Part shown: positions 8,331 through 17,358 of the stretch, piece by piece
Numbering within the stretch: the first letter of the stretch is position 1
How the letters are laid out: every line of letters starts with the position of its first letter
IMG/VR virus record: IMGVR_UViG_3300022919_000001
Span: 1 to 52,953 of that record
Length of the DNA stretch: 52,953 bases
Source: a virus
Strand: one strand, 5' to 3'
Notes under the pieces: generated by a model
Database searches by the model: none
What the model was told of the DNA's origin: nothing
The model's input: only the letters and a program-made list of their open reading frames with translations
Translations under genes and position numbers: made by a program

Positions 8331-8549
8331 TTAGATTATCTCTAAGCGGCCTGCGTTAATGCTTTCTAAAAGGTCAGATATTTTTTGTGTCATTTTAGTC
8401 ATGACGTTTTTGTTAGCCTTGTAAGTAAACTTATCGCTGTTGATAGCTACTGAAATATTTTTGTCTGTTATACGGGTAATTGTTAAAATACTACCAGTAG
8501 TGTTGTTTTTTAATTGAGTTCCGTTTTCTAAGTCTTTTAAAGTTTTCAT
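8331..8549 (-). CDS. Hypothetical protein
   Basis: ORF track; a promoter-like box lies just upstream. Confidence 0.5.
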   Translation of the reverse strand: MKTLKDLENGTQLKNNTTGSILTITRITDKNISVAINSDKFTYKANKNVMTKMTQKISDLLESINAGRLEII

Positions 8550-8570
8550 ATCTTTTTCTTTTTGTTACAC

Positions 8571-8601
8571 CAAAGATAAAACATATATTTTAATTCTGCA
8601 A
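8571..8601 (-). promoter_or_regulatory. Bacteroidota-type promoter (-7 TATCTTTG)
   Basis: Minus-strand TATCTTTG at 8571-8578 and TTG about 20 nt upstream. Confidence 0.45.
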
Positions 8602-8630
8602 ATCTTTTTTAAACTATTTTCATTCTTTCC

Positions 8631-8828
8631 TCATATTATCTCAAAAAGATTAAATATATAATTTATTGCTTCTGGATTATCTGTATAGTCATCTTTATAA
8701 ACAACTACGCCAATGTTAGTATGGTTATCAACCTCTAATGTAGCTTTTATTTCACAGAACATAGGGTCTGCAATAGATAACTCACGGTTATATCCTATCG
8801 AATTAATGTATACTGATTTTATTTTCAT
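8631..8828 (-). CDS. Hypothetical protein
   Basis: ORF track; overlaps the stop of the VRR-NUC gene. Confidence 0.5.
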   Translation of the reverse strand: MKIKSVYINSIGYNRELSIADPMFCEIKATLEVDNHTNIGVVVYKDDYTDNPEAINYIFNLFEII

Positions 8829-9292
8829 CTTATATTAAAAAGTTGTTGGGGGTTGAAAAAATCAGCAAGGTCTTTAATGGCCTGCTCTAATGTATTTACC
8901 TCAATAAACTTACCACCTTGTAATTCATTTGCCTTTATGAATCGCAGTTGTGCCTCACTCAATGTATCGCCGGGTAATTTTATATCTAACATCAATAAGC
9001 ATCCACGCCAATACCCTGTTATGTCTGTCACGCCTGCTAATACGCCGATACTTTTTCGCTTTGATAATGAAGATACAAAATTTTTTTTATGTAATTCAAA
9101 AATCTGAACCAAGAAGTTAGGTATCTTATCGCCGCAAACTCGCTTTACTTGTTGTTGTATAAAAGTATCAGGTATAAACTCATTTGGTGTGTGCCAAAAA
9201 TTACCCCTTGTTTCAGGATAGGTATTGTAGATATGTTGGAATACCTCTTGTTGGAGGCGGTCATGGGTGTATTTAATATTATTTTGTTTCAT
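8825..9292 (-). CDS. VRR-NUC domain nuclease
   Basis: GVLAGVTDITGYWRGCLLMLDIKLPGDTLSEAQLRFI matches the VRR-NUC core. Start set at ATG 9292 (MKQNN); the longer ORF only translates the iterons. Confidence 0.7.
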   Translation of the reverse strand: MKQNNIKYTHDRLQQEVFQHIYNTYPETRGNFWHTPNEFIPDTFIQQQVKRVCGDKIPNFLVQIFELHKKNFVSSLSKRKSIGVLAGVTDITGYWRGCLLMLDIKLPGDTLSEAQLRFIKANELQGGKFIEVNTLEQAIKDLADFFNPQQLFNIR

Positions 9293-9293
9293 T

Positions 9294-9432
9294 TGGTATA
9301 AGCATTTAGTATGGGTACATCTATTCGGTATGGTATGCCCCCTTATATATAGGGGGCTGCATATACCATACCATATATATGGTATTTGGTATGGCCTTTT
9401 GGTATGCCCATACCATATATAAACCATACCAT
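9294..9432. repeat. Iteron field: about 10 copies of GGTAT(G)/(C)ATACC in both orientations plus a GCCCCC..GGGGGC inverted repeat; candidate origin or operator
   Basis: GGTAT at 9295, 9327, 9332, 9381, 9388, 9401; ATACC at 9364, 9369, 9410, 9426. Palindrome TACCATATATATGGTA; GGTATGCCCATACC at 9401-9414. Confidence 0.7.
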
Positions 9433-9433
9433 A

Positions 9434-10522
9434 TTAAAATGGCGGTTCTTCATTATTAACTTCTGGTGCATCATTAATATTTTTTGGTGTAAATCTATTA
9501 TCCTTTTCCTTAAATTCATTGCGTGGGGTTAATGAATAAAAGGTTTTAACGCCTCTTTTTTCTGCTTTATAAATATATCCCTGTTGTATGTAAAAACCTA
9601 TGAATTTTTTTGTTTTCTCAACACCCATTGCCATGCCATACATTTCAAATGACGCAGATACTAATACGCAAAGTTCGCCATATGGTATTTGTGTTTCTAT
9701 ACCGAATGCCTGCTCCAAACAATCATAATGTGTATTTTTAGCGATGTCTATAGGCAAAGTCTTTTTAGAATTGCTTTCGCCGCTTGTTATTTTAGGTTGA
9801 TAATTTACAATAAATGGCCTACCATGTTCGTCACGATCAAATGCAAATATTGTAAAAGGCTCTCCACGTGTAAATTCAGGCTCGCAGATAGTTAGTTTTT
9901 TATCGTCTTGGCTAACTTTAATAACAGTTTCAGACTTGTTTATCATTTCAGTACCCAAATGCCCACGTGCATGTTCATTGCCTTTATTTTGGTGTATTAT
10001 AGACAATATGTGGCAATCAAAACTATCTGCCCACCTCATAAGGTTGCCAGTAATAATAGTTGCCTCATCTGGGTTATTTATATCAAATACAAGGTCGCGT
10101 ATACCGTCAATGATAACCATGTCAGGCTTAATGGTAGTTATAAGAAATTCAACAATTTCAATTCTTATAGATGGGTTGTGAATTTTAAGGTCGTAATATT
10201 TTAAATGTTCTGATGCGTGTATTTCGGCAATATGCAATACCCAACTTTGTGTACGGCTACCATAATATGCGCCTTGCTCTGTATCAATCCAAAGAATATC
10301 CATTTCTTGTAAAATAGCTTGCGCCACTACCCATGCGCTGCAAGTTGTTTTACCGCTTTTTGCTTTACCTATAAGAGTAGAAATAGATTTTTTTGTAAAA
10401 ACAGGTATGCCATCCATGCCAAAAACTACCTCTGGTTTAGGTATTTCAATCCCTTGCGGTATTAAAGCCTGCTCTGATAATTCCTGAATATTAATTTGTT
10501 CCTTTGGCTTTACTTCTTGCAT
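9434..10522 (-). CDS. RecA-like/AAA ATPase (RepA/DnaB-C-like replication protein)
   Basis: Walker A GKAKSGKTT and Walker B MVIIDGIRD; sits beside the helicase and primase genes. Confidence 0.65.
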   Translation of the reverse strand: MQEVKPKEQINIQELSEQALIPQGIEIPKPEVVFGMDGIPVFTKKSISTLIGKAKSGKTTCSAWVVAQAILQEMDILWIDTEQGAYYGSRTQSWVLHIAEIHASEHLKYYDLKIHNPSIRIEIVEFLITTIKPDMVIIDGIRDLVFDINNPDEATIITGNLMRWADSFDCHILSIIHQNKGNEHARGHLGTEMINKSETVIKVSQDDKKLTICEPEFTRGEPFTIFAFDRDEHGRPFIVNYQPKITSGESNSKKTLPIDIAKNTHYDCLEQAFGIETQIPYGELCVLVSASFEMYGMAMGVEKTKKFIGFYIQQGYIYKAEKRGVKTFYSLTPRNEFKEKDNRFTPKNINDAPEVNNEEPPF

Positions 10523-10561
10523 TTTAGTTAAAAGTTTTAAACTTGTATATAGCCAAAAAAA

Positions 10562-10717
10562 TTAGTTAAGGTCAATTAAGATATAGCTACCCATCTTTTT
10601 GTGCTTTATCTTTCCGCTTTTAACTTTTTTATAAACCGCCTGTACCGTAATACTATGCTCTATAGCGTAATCCTTTACGGTTTTGAATTTTTTAATGTCC
10701 GTTGGTTCTGATTCCAT
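10562..10717 (-). CDS. Small HTH DNA-binding protein (excisionase/MerR-like HTH, 51 aa)
   Basis: Hand-called: MESEPTDIKKFKTVKDYAIEHSITVQAVYKKVKSGKIKHKKMGSYILIDLN. Confidence 0.5.
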   Translation of the reverse strand: MESEPTDIKKFKTVKDYAIEHSITVQAVYKKVKSGKIKHKKMGSYILIDLN

Positions 10718-10753
10718 TTTGTAAATATAATAAATTGGTTTAAAGTTTACAAC

Positions 10754-12301
10754 CTATTTTAAAGTTATATCAGTATAATAAATTTTACCTTTTTCTTTTT
10801 TCAACATAGCAGATTGTACGTTATACCATTTGTCAGAATAGCCCATGCAGGTGCCGAAATCACGTAAAAAATTATCCTTTGTGTGATGGTCTTTCTCTAA
10901 TTCCAATTTCCTATTTGATTTAGCCACCCTGATAGCAAATTGTAACTTTTGTTTTATTTTGGCGTATACAGACAATTCAGCAGGTGACAAAGTAGATAAT
11001 CTCCTGCCAACAAGTTCATCATACTTTTTGGTAATATCAATTAATACCCCTTGCTTTAACTCCGCTTCGTCTAAAGGCTGTTCATGTTGGCAGTATTCGC
11101 AAACCCTCGCCATTAATGATATAATGCTGCCGCAATTAAAACACTCCTTAATAGTATACGTGCCGAGCGCATCGGATTCTTTTTTCTTATCATCTTGCGC
11201 TTTCCACAACTCGCTCCAATTCCTGTCAAAGTAGTACAAGCCATGCCTGCGCCAGTTGTCGCCGTAATCATAACTTTTAAATTTCATAGGCATAGGATGC
11301 GGCTTTTTTCGGTTTGCCCTGAACATGCTTTGCATATAAAGTATGAAGCTACCAAACGCCCTGTACAACATTAATAAATCTACTTCTGGAAAGTCAAAGC
11401 CAGTAGTATATGAAGATACGGAAACAAGTATATCACATCCACTTTTTAAATCCTTGAATTTATAAACTTCTTGCTGTTCAGTTGTGCCTATTTCTTTTAA
11501 TAATTCCGTTTTGCTATGCCCTATAGCGCAATTAAAACCAGCTTGCATCAACTTATTATAGGTATCATGCGCATTCTTTATAGATGCACAAAAAACCATA
11601 CACTTAGTAAATTTACCCTGCTCATTGCGCAAATCTTCAATAAGACCATCATATAAACCAGACTGCGAAAACCATTCATTTTGTGAAGTTTCGGTATACT
11701 CACCACTTGCATTTTTAGTAAGGTGGTTTTCCATTTCCTTTTTACCACGTGCGATATGTTGATTAGTACAAATCCAATCGTTTTGAATAAACCAATCTAT
11801 TTGCTCACTCGGTATGCAGTCCTTATAATAAACAGGTAGATGTTTTGCGTATTTATAATGCGGTGTTGCTGTGAAGCCTGCCGTTAAGCGGTTATGTAAA
11901 TAGTCTAGTATTTTATTAAATATACCGCTGTGGCATTCATCAACCAACGTAATAACTTTTTTGGGTAGGTTATTAAATTGATCTAATAAATATATTCTGC
12001 TAATAAGCGTTTGCGCCATTGCAACATAAACCTTGCCGCATTCAACTTGAAGGTTATCAGGGGTATTTGGGTTAATTCCGATTGCTTTAGCCTCCTTTAT
12101 ATTTTGCACGTAAATATTTATGCGGTCTGTTAAAATTAAAACAGGGCTACCCTTTGCGGCGGCATTCCACGCAATAGTAACAAACTGTTTGGTCTTACCA
12201 GTCCCGCCCGGTGCCTGTACTATTATATGCTCTTTATCACGCATAGCAATAGCGGCTAATTTATTGTGGTTTATTTGATAGTCACGTAATTGAAAACTCA
12301 T
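10754..12301 (-). CDS. DEAD/DEAH-box (SF2) helicase with C-terminal zinc ribbon
   Basis: Motif I QAPGGTGKT, motif II DECH, and CFNCG..CEYC near the C-terminus. Confidence 0.8.
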   Translation of the reverse strand: MSFQLRDYQINHNKLAAIAMRDKEHIIVQAPGGTGKTKQFVTIAWNAAAKGSPVLILTDRINIYVQNIKEAKAIGINPNTPDNLQVECGKVYVAMAQTLISRIYLLDQFNNLPKKVITLVDECHSGIFNKILDYLHNRLTAGFTATPHYKYAKHLPVYYKDCIPSEQIDWFIQNDWICTNQHIARGKKEMENHLTKNASGEYTETSQNEWFSQSGLYDGLIEDLRNEQGKFTKCMVFCASIKNAHDTYNKLMQAGFNCAIGHSKTELLKEIGTTEQQEVYKFKDLKSGCDILVSVSSYTTGFDFPEVDLLMLYRAFGSFILYMQSMFRANRKKPHPMPMKFKSYDYGDNWRRHGLYYFDRNWSELWKAQDDKKKESDALGTYTIKECFNCGSIISLMARVCEYCQHEQPLDEAELKQGVLIDITKKYDELVGRRLSTLSPAELSVYAKIKQKLQFAIRVAKSNRKLELEKDHHTKDNFLRDFGTCMGYSDKWYNVQSAMLKKEKGKIYYTDITLK

Positions 12302-13263
12302 ATCAAATTATCTAAAATGTAATCACATAAATCATAGCCTTTCGGATTATTGCCCGGTATACAATCAACCATCCAGTCGGCAGTAATTAATTGCCGTAAT
12401 TGTGTGCATTTATCTAACCATTGCTGTTCAGCACCGCAATCAGGAATAAGCGAGATGGTGCGCCCTTTCAATACGTGGCATCGTTGCGCTGAAAGGTTCG
12501 TTAATGATCCGCTTGCAAGCCAAATAAAATCAGGGTAAATGACAGATGCAACAATTGCCGTCTTTTCAGATTCTACTATTTTAATTGCAGCATCGGGACG
12601 TTTCGTAAGCAGATGTTCACCAAACAAACATTGCGATAAAACATAGTCTTTCATTCGTGCGGCTTGGTGTACCCATGTTATTAAAGGTTTTGGCTCCTTA
12701 ATTCGCTTGCCAGTTTCTGGGTTGTAAACCATTATTTTACCGCCCCTGATTCTACCGTCAATATCGAATTGCCAAAATATATTTGCTCCATGCCAGTGTT
12801 TAGACGTACCTAATCGGTAATTTTGAATTAAGCCCAAAGCAATTCCAACGTCAAATATTTTACGCAGCCATGTAAAAAAGTGGTTAGGCTGTCCCGTATT
12901 AAATGTGCGGTCAAATAATGCGTAGTCGATGTATGAGGTTGGCAAATCAATCGCAGCTACAAACTTCCAGTTATTATCTTCGGGTGGCATGTTGCAGAAG
13001 TTAACAAGCCATAGTAAGGCTTCTGTATAACCAAATCCCTGCACCGCCATAACGAAATCAATAACATCTCCGCTTTTGCCAGATGAGAAGCATTTGAATA
13101 TGTTTTTTGTGGGGTGTACAGTAAACGATGGTGTACGCTCGTTGCTAAATGGTGATGCTCCCTTATATCCACTACCGTCACGCTTTAGTTGTACAAAGTG
13201 GCCTATAACCTCGACGATGTTGGCTTTTTCTTTTACGTACTTTATTTGTTCTAACTTGGTCAT
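12298..13263 (-). CDS. Primase-like protein (degenerate CHC2 zinc-finger region plus Toprim-like domain)
   Basis: ASPFSNERTPSFTV..FKCFSSGKSGD aligns to CPFHxEKTPSF..CFGCGxxGD with 3 of 4 zinc ligands lost. ESEKTA and LIPDCGA are Toprim-like. Confidence 0.65.
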   Translation of the reverse strand: MTKLEQIKYVKEKANIVEVIGHFVQLKRDGSGYKGASPFSNERTPSFTVHPTKNIFKCFSSGKSGDVIDFVMAVQGFGYTEALLWLVNFCNMPPEDNNWKFVAAIDLPTSYIDYALFDRTFNTGQPNHFFTWLRKIFDVGIALGLIQNYRLGTSKHWHGANIFWQFDIDGRIRGGKIMVYNPETGKRIKEPKPLITWVHQAARMKDYVLSQCLFGEHLLTKRPDAAIKIVESEKTAIVASVIYPDFIWLASGSLTNLSAQRCHVLKGRTISLIPDCGAEQQWLDKCTQLRQLITADWMVDCIPGNNPKGYDLCDYILDNLI

Positions 13264-13270
13264 GTATCAT

Positions 13271-13311
13271 AAAAAAAGCCGGGTTACGTCTGGTGAAGGA
13301 AACGCCCCGGC
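13271..13311 (-). terminator. Hairpin plus T7 tract ending the IbrAB-like operon
   Basis: GCCGGG (13278-83) pairs with CCCGGC (13306-11). A7 on the plus strand gives T7 on the minus strand. Confidence 0.45.
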
Positions 13312-13391
13312 CTATGATTAATAAACCCAATTATTACGCAAATATAAGCCTTCACCCTTAATTTGCCTAAATTTTAATACCCTGCAATATA

Positions 13392-13745
13392 CTAATTTTC
13401 TTTCAAAATTACCACTCCATGCCCTTTTCTTTTTAACCCATTATCGTATAATACAGCTAATTTATGATGTATTGCTTGTTCCGATTTGCCTATCTTTTTA
13501 CCAACTTCCCTATAAGACATGCGCATGTAATTTCTCCGCAAATATCTAACTTCTGCTTGCGTCCAGTAAACATTTTTACCGTAAATAAATGACTTGGCAG
13601 CCTCGCATTCTATATCATTGGCTAATTTTTCAGCACCGCCATAGTTATTTATTAGGCTATTAAAGATAGCAAGCAACTCCCTGCCGCTTTCGCTCCATTC
13701 GTGTTGGTTCATTAGAAAAGGTTGGTTAAAGTGTTTCGGGTTCAT
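13392..13745 (-). CDS. Myb/SANT-like HTH protein
   Basis: WTQAEVRYLRRNYMRMSYREVGKKIGKSEQAIHHKL. The start is uncertain: ATG 13745 or 13712. Confidence 0.55.
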   Translation of the reverse strand: MNPKHFNQPFLMNQHEWSESGRELLAIFNSLINNYGGAEKLANDIECEAAKSFIYGKNVYWTQAEVRYLRRNYMRMSYREVGKKIGKSEQAIHHKLAVLYDNGLKRKGHGVVILKEN

Positions 13746-14397
13746 CTTCCAATATTTCAGGCTCCCAAGCCATACTAAATTCAGCATCTTTAAAAGCCTC
13801 TGCCAAACCTGTTATTTGGGTTAGTCTCAAAACTTCGTCGGCATCCATACCTAAATGTTTAGATATTTTAGCGTCCGACCAATTGCGGCGTTTGAGATCA
13901 ATAACAATATCACTCATTCCATCTATTGAGTGCTTGCCTCTTGCTCTATTGTGCTGAACTGTAGCAGCCATACGGTCTGAAATATCTTCCTGATCTGAAC
14001 GGATTGTAACTACAGGTAAATAACCTTGTATACGCTGCTTAATATCTTCATCATTTTTGCCGCACAAATGACGGTGAAACCCATCAATAACTTCACGCCC
14101 GTTATCAGCTTTCATTGTAACGATTGGCTGAGTGTAACCGCTTGATTGAATTGATAATTTAAGCAACTCCATTTCTGGTTTTGCCACACTATTTGGGTTG
14201 TAGCTATTAGCATATACATTTTCATTTTCAACCCATAGCACACAGTCTACAGGCTCATTTTTAAAAGGCGAAACATCGTGCAATAACAACCTGCAAGCGT
14301 TTAGCAAAGCAACCTTTTCGCCCAATTCACAATTATTAATCTTTTCGGATATTTCACCCATTATTTTTAGCAGGTGTTCGGTTTCGTGACTATTCAT
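13726..14397 (-). CDS. ParB/Srx-like nuclease-domain protein (IbrB-like)
   Basis: The IDGFHRH motif of the ParB N-terminal domain. 8-nt overlap with the upstream PP-loop gene. Confidence 0.7.
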   Translation of the reverse strand: MNSHETEHLLKIMGEISEKINNCELGEKVALLNACRLLLHDVSPFKNEPVDCVLWVENENVYANSYNPNSVAKPEMELLKLSIQSSGYTQPIVTMKADNGREVIDGFHRHLCGKNDEDIKQRIQGYLPVVTIRSDQEDISDRMAATVQHNRARGKHSIDGMSDIVIDLKRRNWSDAKISKHLGMDADEVLRLTQITGLAEAFKDAEFSMAWEPEILEDEPETL

Positions 14398-15601
14398 ATT
14401 GATATTCTTTAAGTTTTTTACGTTTTTCCATTAATTTTAAATACTTCGCATATGCCTCTGTTTTGTGCTGCGTAAATCCCAATCCCTTGCACCAATAATC
14501 ATTCCTTAGAAGGGATTTACATACACGTCGCCAAGAAGGCGCCAGCCTTTCAGCTTCCATTTTATAATCAGCTTCATCTGGTATACCATCAGGATAGCCG
14601 CGCTCGCACCACCATTTATAAAACACACTGATTTTGTTTTGAAATTGAGTTTTAGTTTTATCTGGCATAGATGCCAATAGTAACTGTGCATATGACTTCC
14701 AAGTATGATGAGCGGGTTTGGTTATTTTATTATATCCGTTAATACTGCCCGTTTCCTGAATATACAACGCCCCTGAATTAGCACCGTTTACCCTTGCTAC
14801 AACTTTAGCCCATGTTTCTGGTTCAATCAAATGGAATAGCCATAATCCCCTGCGCTGATCGTCACCGTACGGTTGGCAAATACGCATTTGAGATAATGTT
14901 AAACCAGCTTTGTGCATATAGTCATAAAGTCGGTTATGTGGCATATCAGGGCGTGTTGAGTGCCAATGCCAAATGTCTTGAACCTTCCAATCGTAAATAG
15001 GGTAAATATTGTACAAATCCGGCAAAACCTGCGTAGTCCAAATTTGGTCATTATAACGAACTTTTGTTTTGCTGGCAATAGTACGCCATCTGTTTAAACT
15101 TTCGTCGGTACGGATACCGACGAAACAAGCGCAGGGCTTGCCTTGTGCGTACCACCTGCCAAATTCAGGTACAAATTCCTCGAACTCCATATCCTGAATG
15201 TAAAATGGGAATTCTGTTTTACATACATTTTTTGGCTTCTCTCTAATCCAGTCTTTTTTACGGGATTCTTCCCAACATACCCAATGAGGCTCATAAACAG
15301 ATACCGCGTTACGTAAGTGTAACGGTACACAAATCCAATACGGTTCAATGTGATCTTTGTATAATTCAAAGCATTTTTGCATATGGTCAATGGTTAGTTT
15401 ATATTGCCCCTCCAAATCAACCAGCATAACCGCAACTTTACGACCGCGTTTAATAGCTTCATCCATTACAAGGTGAAGCATAATTGTACTATCCTTACCG
15501 CCACTAAATGAAATATAAATTTTCTCAAAGTTGTCAAACGTATATGAGATACGTTGCTTTGCGCCCTCAAGTACGTTATAAGGTAAAATCTTCTTTGACA
15601 T
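14390..15601 (-). CDS. PAPS-reductase-family PP-loop ATP pyrophosphatase with long C-terminal extension (IbrA-like)
   Basis: ISFSGGKDSTIMLHLV PP-loop motif. 403 aa, i.e. about 200 aa beyond the catalytic domain. Adjacent to the ParB-like gene. Confidence 0.75.
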   Translation of the reverse strand: MSKKILPYNVLEGAKQRISYTFDNFEKIYISFSGGKDSTIMLHLVMDEAIKRGRKVAVMLVDLEGQYKLTIDHMQKCFELYKDHIEPYWICVPLHLRNAVSVYEPHWVCWEESRKKDWIREKPKNVCKTEFPFYIQDMEFEEFVPEFGRWYAQGKPCACFVGIRTDESLNRWRTIASKTKVRYNDQIWTTQVLPDLYNIYPIYDWKVQDIWHWHSTRPDMPHNRLYDYMHKAGLTLSQMRICQPYGDDQRRGLWLFHLIEPETWAKVVARVNGANSGALYIQETGSINGYNKITKPAHHTWKSYAQLLLASMPDKTKTQFQNKISVFYKWWCERGYPDGIPDEADYKMEAERLAPSWRRVCKSLLRNDYWCKGLGFTQHKTEAYAKYLKLMEKRKKLKEYQYE

Positions 15602-15956
15602 AAGTAAAATTATTTTCGGTTTCCCATTCTTTAATTACAATATCAGCGCATTTATTAGCGTAAAATTGCTGTTCTTTTGTTAGTTCTTTCCAAGCCATAC
15701 GGGTTTCAAATTCTGTACTGCCAACTTCTATACAGCAAGCCGCTTGCCCCACCCATGATTTACGATTACTGCCAGCATTTGATAAATTATGATTTGTTGA
15801 TACAGGCCACATGGATATTACCCGCCGCATTGCCTCTAAAGGTTCTTGTAAAAGTTGTTTAGATTTTTCAATCTGTTCAATTTTTACTTCTTTACCCCAC
15901 ATTCCATTTTGGTAATCCTCCCAAGTTCTGTAGTCCGCGTAAAATCTTTTAGCCAT
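15576..15956 (-). CDS. Hypothetical protein, first gene of the IbrAB-like operon
   Basis: ORF track. Overlaps the PP-loop gene start by 26 nt. A promoter-like TATATTTG box lies at 16058-16065. Confidence 0.55.
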   Translation of the reverse strand: MAKRFYADYRTWEDYQNGMWGKEVKIEQIEKSKQLLQEPLEAMRRVISMWPVSTNHNLSNAGSNRKSWVGQAACCIEVGSTEFETRMAWKELTKEQQFYANKCADIVIKEWETENNFTYVKEDFTL

Positions 15957-16080
15957 AAAATAAAAAAGCCTTCGGGTTCAAAATGGTTGCCGCCAAATAT
16001 CCCCCAAAGGCTAATTAAAAAGTCTTTGATACGCCCGGCAAAGCGTTTATGTAAAATCAAATATAAGAAATAAATTACAT

Positions 16081-16515
16081 TTATTGATAGTATTTTTCAC
16101 CCTTGCGCAATATCATTACTTCACGGGTTTTAGTTAGTAAATCTGCAATAAAGGCTTTATGTTCATCGGTAATAACATCGTTTAGTATTGCCCATCTGCC
16201 GGCTATCTTAATCTGCTTTTGGCATTTAAAGTCGTTCCTGATAGCCGCGATAATTGTTTTACTTAGCCCGTTTGTTTTGATATTTTCGATAGCTAACTCA
16301 ACAGGGTGTTTATTATCGAACCGTTCGTCATGGCTGCGTTTTCTCGCATAAGACGAGCCTTTAATAATTGTATCGAGATCGGCTTGCAAAGTGCGGGTTT
16401 TTACTACACCTACCTTAGGGCTATACTGTTCGGTAGGAAAAGGATAATTTATATTTTCGCCAATAATCAATTTTAGCTTACTGGCATTAACTTTAATATC
16501 TGATAGCTTTTTCAT
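16081..16515 (-). CDS. Hypothetical protein
   Basis: ORF track; coupled to the upstream ORF (4-nt overlap). Confidence 0.55.
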   Translation of the reverse strand: MKKLSDIKVNASKLKLIIGENINYPFPTEQYSPKVGVVKTRTLQADLDTIIKGSSYARKRSHDERFDNKHPVELAIENIKTNGLSKTIIAAIRNDFKCQKQIKIAGRWAILNDVITDEHKAFIADLLTKTREVMILRKGEKYYQ

Positions 16516-16784
16516 TTAATTGAATTTAAATATTCTAACTGTAGTTTTTCAGCCTGCGTTAACGGTTTGTTTGATTTGCGCTCTTTAGGTTCTGCTATTT
16601 TGATAGGCGCAAAATCGGGTTTGGTATCACTCAACAAATCACTATTAACAGGAAACCTCACACCGCCAAACTCACAGATTAACACCCCGATATGATCTGA
16701 AATAATCTGCACTTCGCTACCTTGCGCAGCATAAAGTATTTTACCAGTTCCGTGTGATCGTATATCTGTGAGTAGGTAGGGCAT
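16512..16784 (-). CDS. Hypothetical protein
   Basis: ORF track. Confidence 0.5.
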   Translation of the reverse strand: MPYLLTDIRSHGTGKILYAAQGSEVQIISDHIGVLICEFGGVRFPVNSDLLSDTKPDFAPIKIAEPKERKSNKPLTQAEKLQLEYLNSIK

Positions 16785-16836
16785 AATCTCTCTTTTATCT
16801 TATTTGTTGGTAGGGGGTTAATACATATAGGCAGGT

Positions 16837-17358
16837 TTAATATATCTTAAATCCTAAATTTATTATGTATTCAATATGCTTTTCTTTGGTATCTAATAAA
16901 ATATTATTCAACCCTCTATACATAAAAAACTCTTGGTCATAAATTAAAAATGTGTGTAGTTTTTTATGGTCAAAGTCACTCATTTCAATAACATCTTTTA
17001 GGTGCTGTTTGTGGTAACTCCAATGGTGTAATTCATTATTTTGGTTGAGTGTTTTAATATGTTGGGTAGCCCTACATGCGTTTGCTTTTTCAGGATAATT
17101 TTGTTTCCATGTTTTACCTGTAAAATTAAAAGGCTTATAAGGCTTAGCCGATGTTCGATAAAGTCTTACATTTTTTTCGCGTCCCCTCGCTCTTTCTTTC
17201 TCAACCCAATCAATATTGTTTCTTAAAAAGGATAACCTTTCTTTTACTCCATTTTTTTTACACTCAATACATTGGTGTAAATATCCATCAGCACAATTTT
17301 TGTGTTTATAAAAATCAGACAATGGTTTTTCTATATTACATATTTTACACTTTTTCAT
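16837..17358 (-). CDS. HNH endonuclease (free-standing)
   Basis: N-terminal CxxC..CxxC and NELHHWSYH..HKKLH HNH-type motifs. Confidence 0.7.
   Translation of the reverse strand: MKKCKICNIEKPLSDFYKHKNCADGYLHQCIECKKNGVKERLSFLRNNIDWVEKERARGREKNVRLYRTSAKPYKPFNFTGKTWKQNYPEKANACRATQHIKTLNQNNELHHWSYHKQHLKDVIEMSDFDHKKLHTFLIYDQEFFMYRGLNNILLDTKEKHIEYIINLGFKIY

Noticed and set aside
9293-9427. N-terminal 45 aa of the 200-aa ORF 8825..9427 (repeated YIWYG / IPYIWYG)
   Set aside because: The peptide repeats are simply the GGTATG/CATACC iterons translated. A good ATG (9292, MKQNN) precedes the VRR-NUC domain.
9294-9432. CRISPR-like array
   Set aside because: The repeats are only 5-7 nt, irregularly spaced and in both orientations, with no spacer structure. 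No cas genes are present. No CRISPR array was seen elsewhere in the window.
14390-15601. Ordinary sulfate-assimilation PAPS reductase (CysH) carried as an auxiliary metabolic gene
   Set aside because: At 403 aa with a long C-terminal extension, it is translationally coupled to a ParB-like gene in the replication block. That fits the IbrA/DndC-like non-metabolic branch better. A profile search or phylogeny is needed to confirm.
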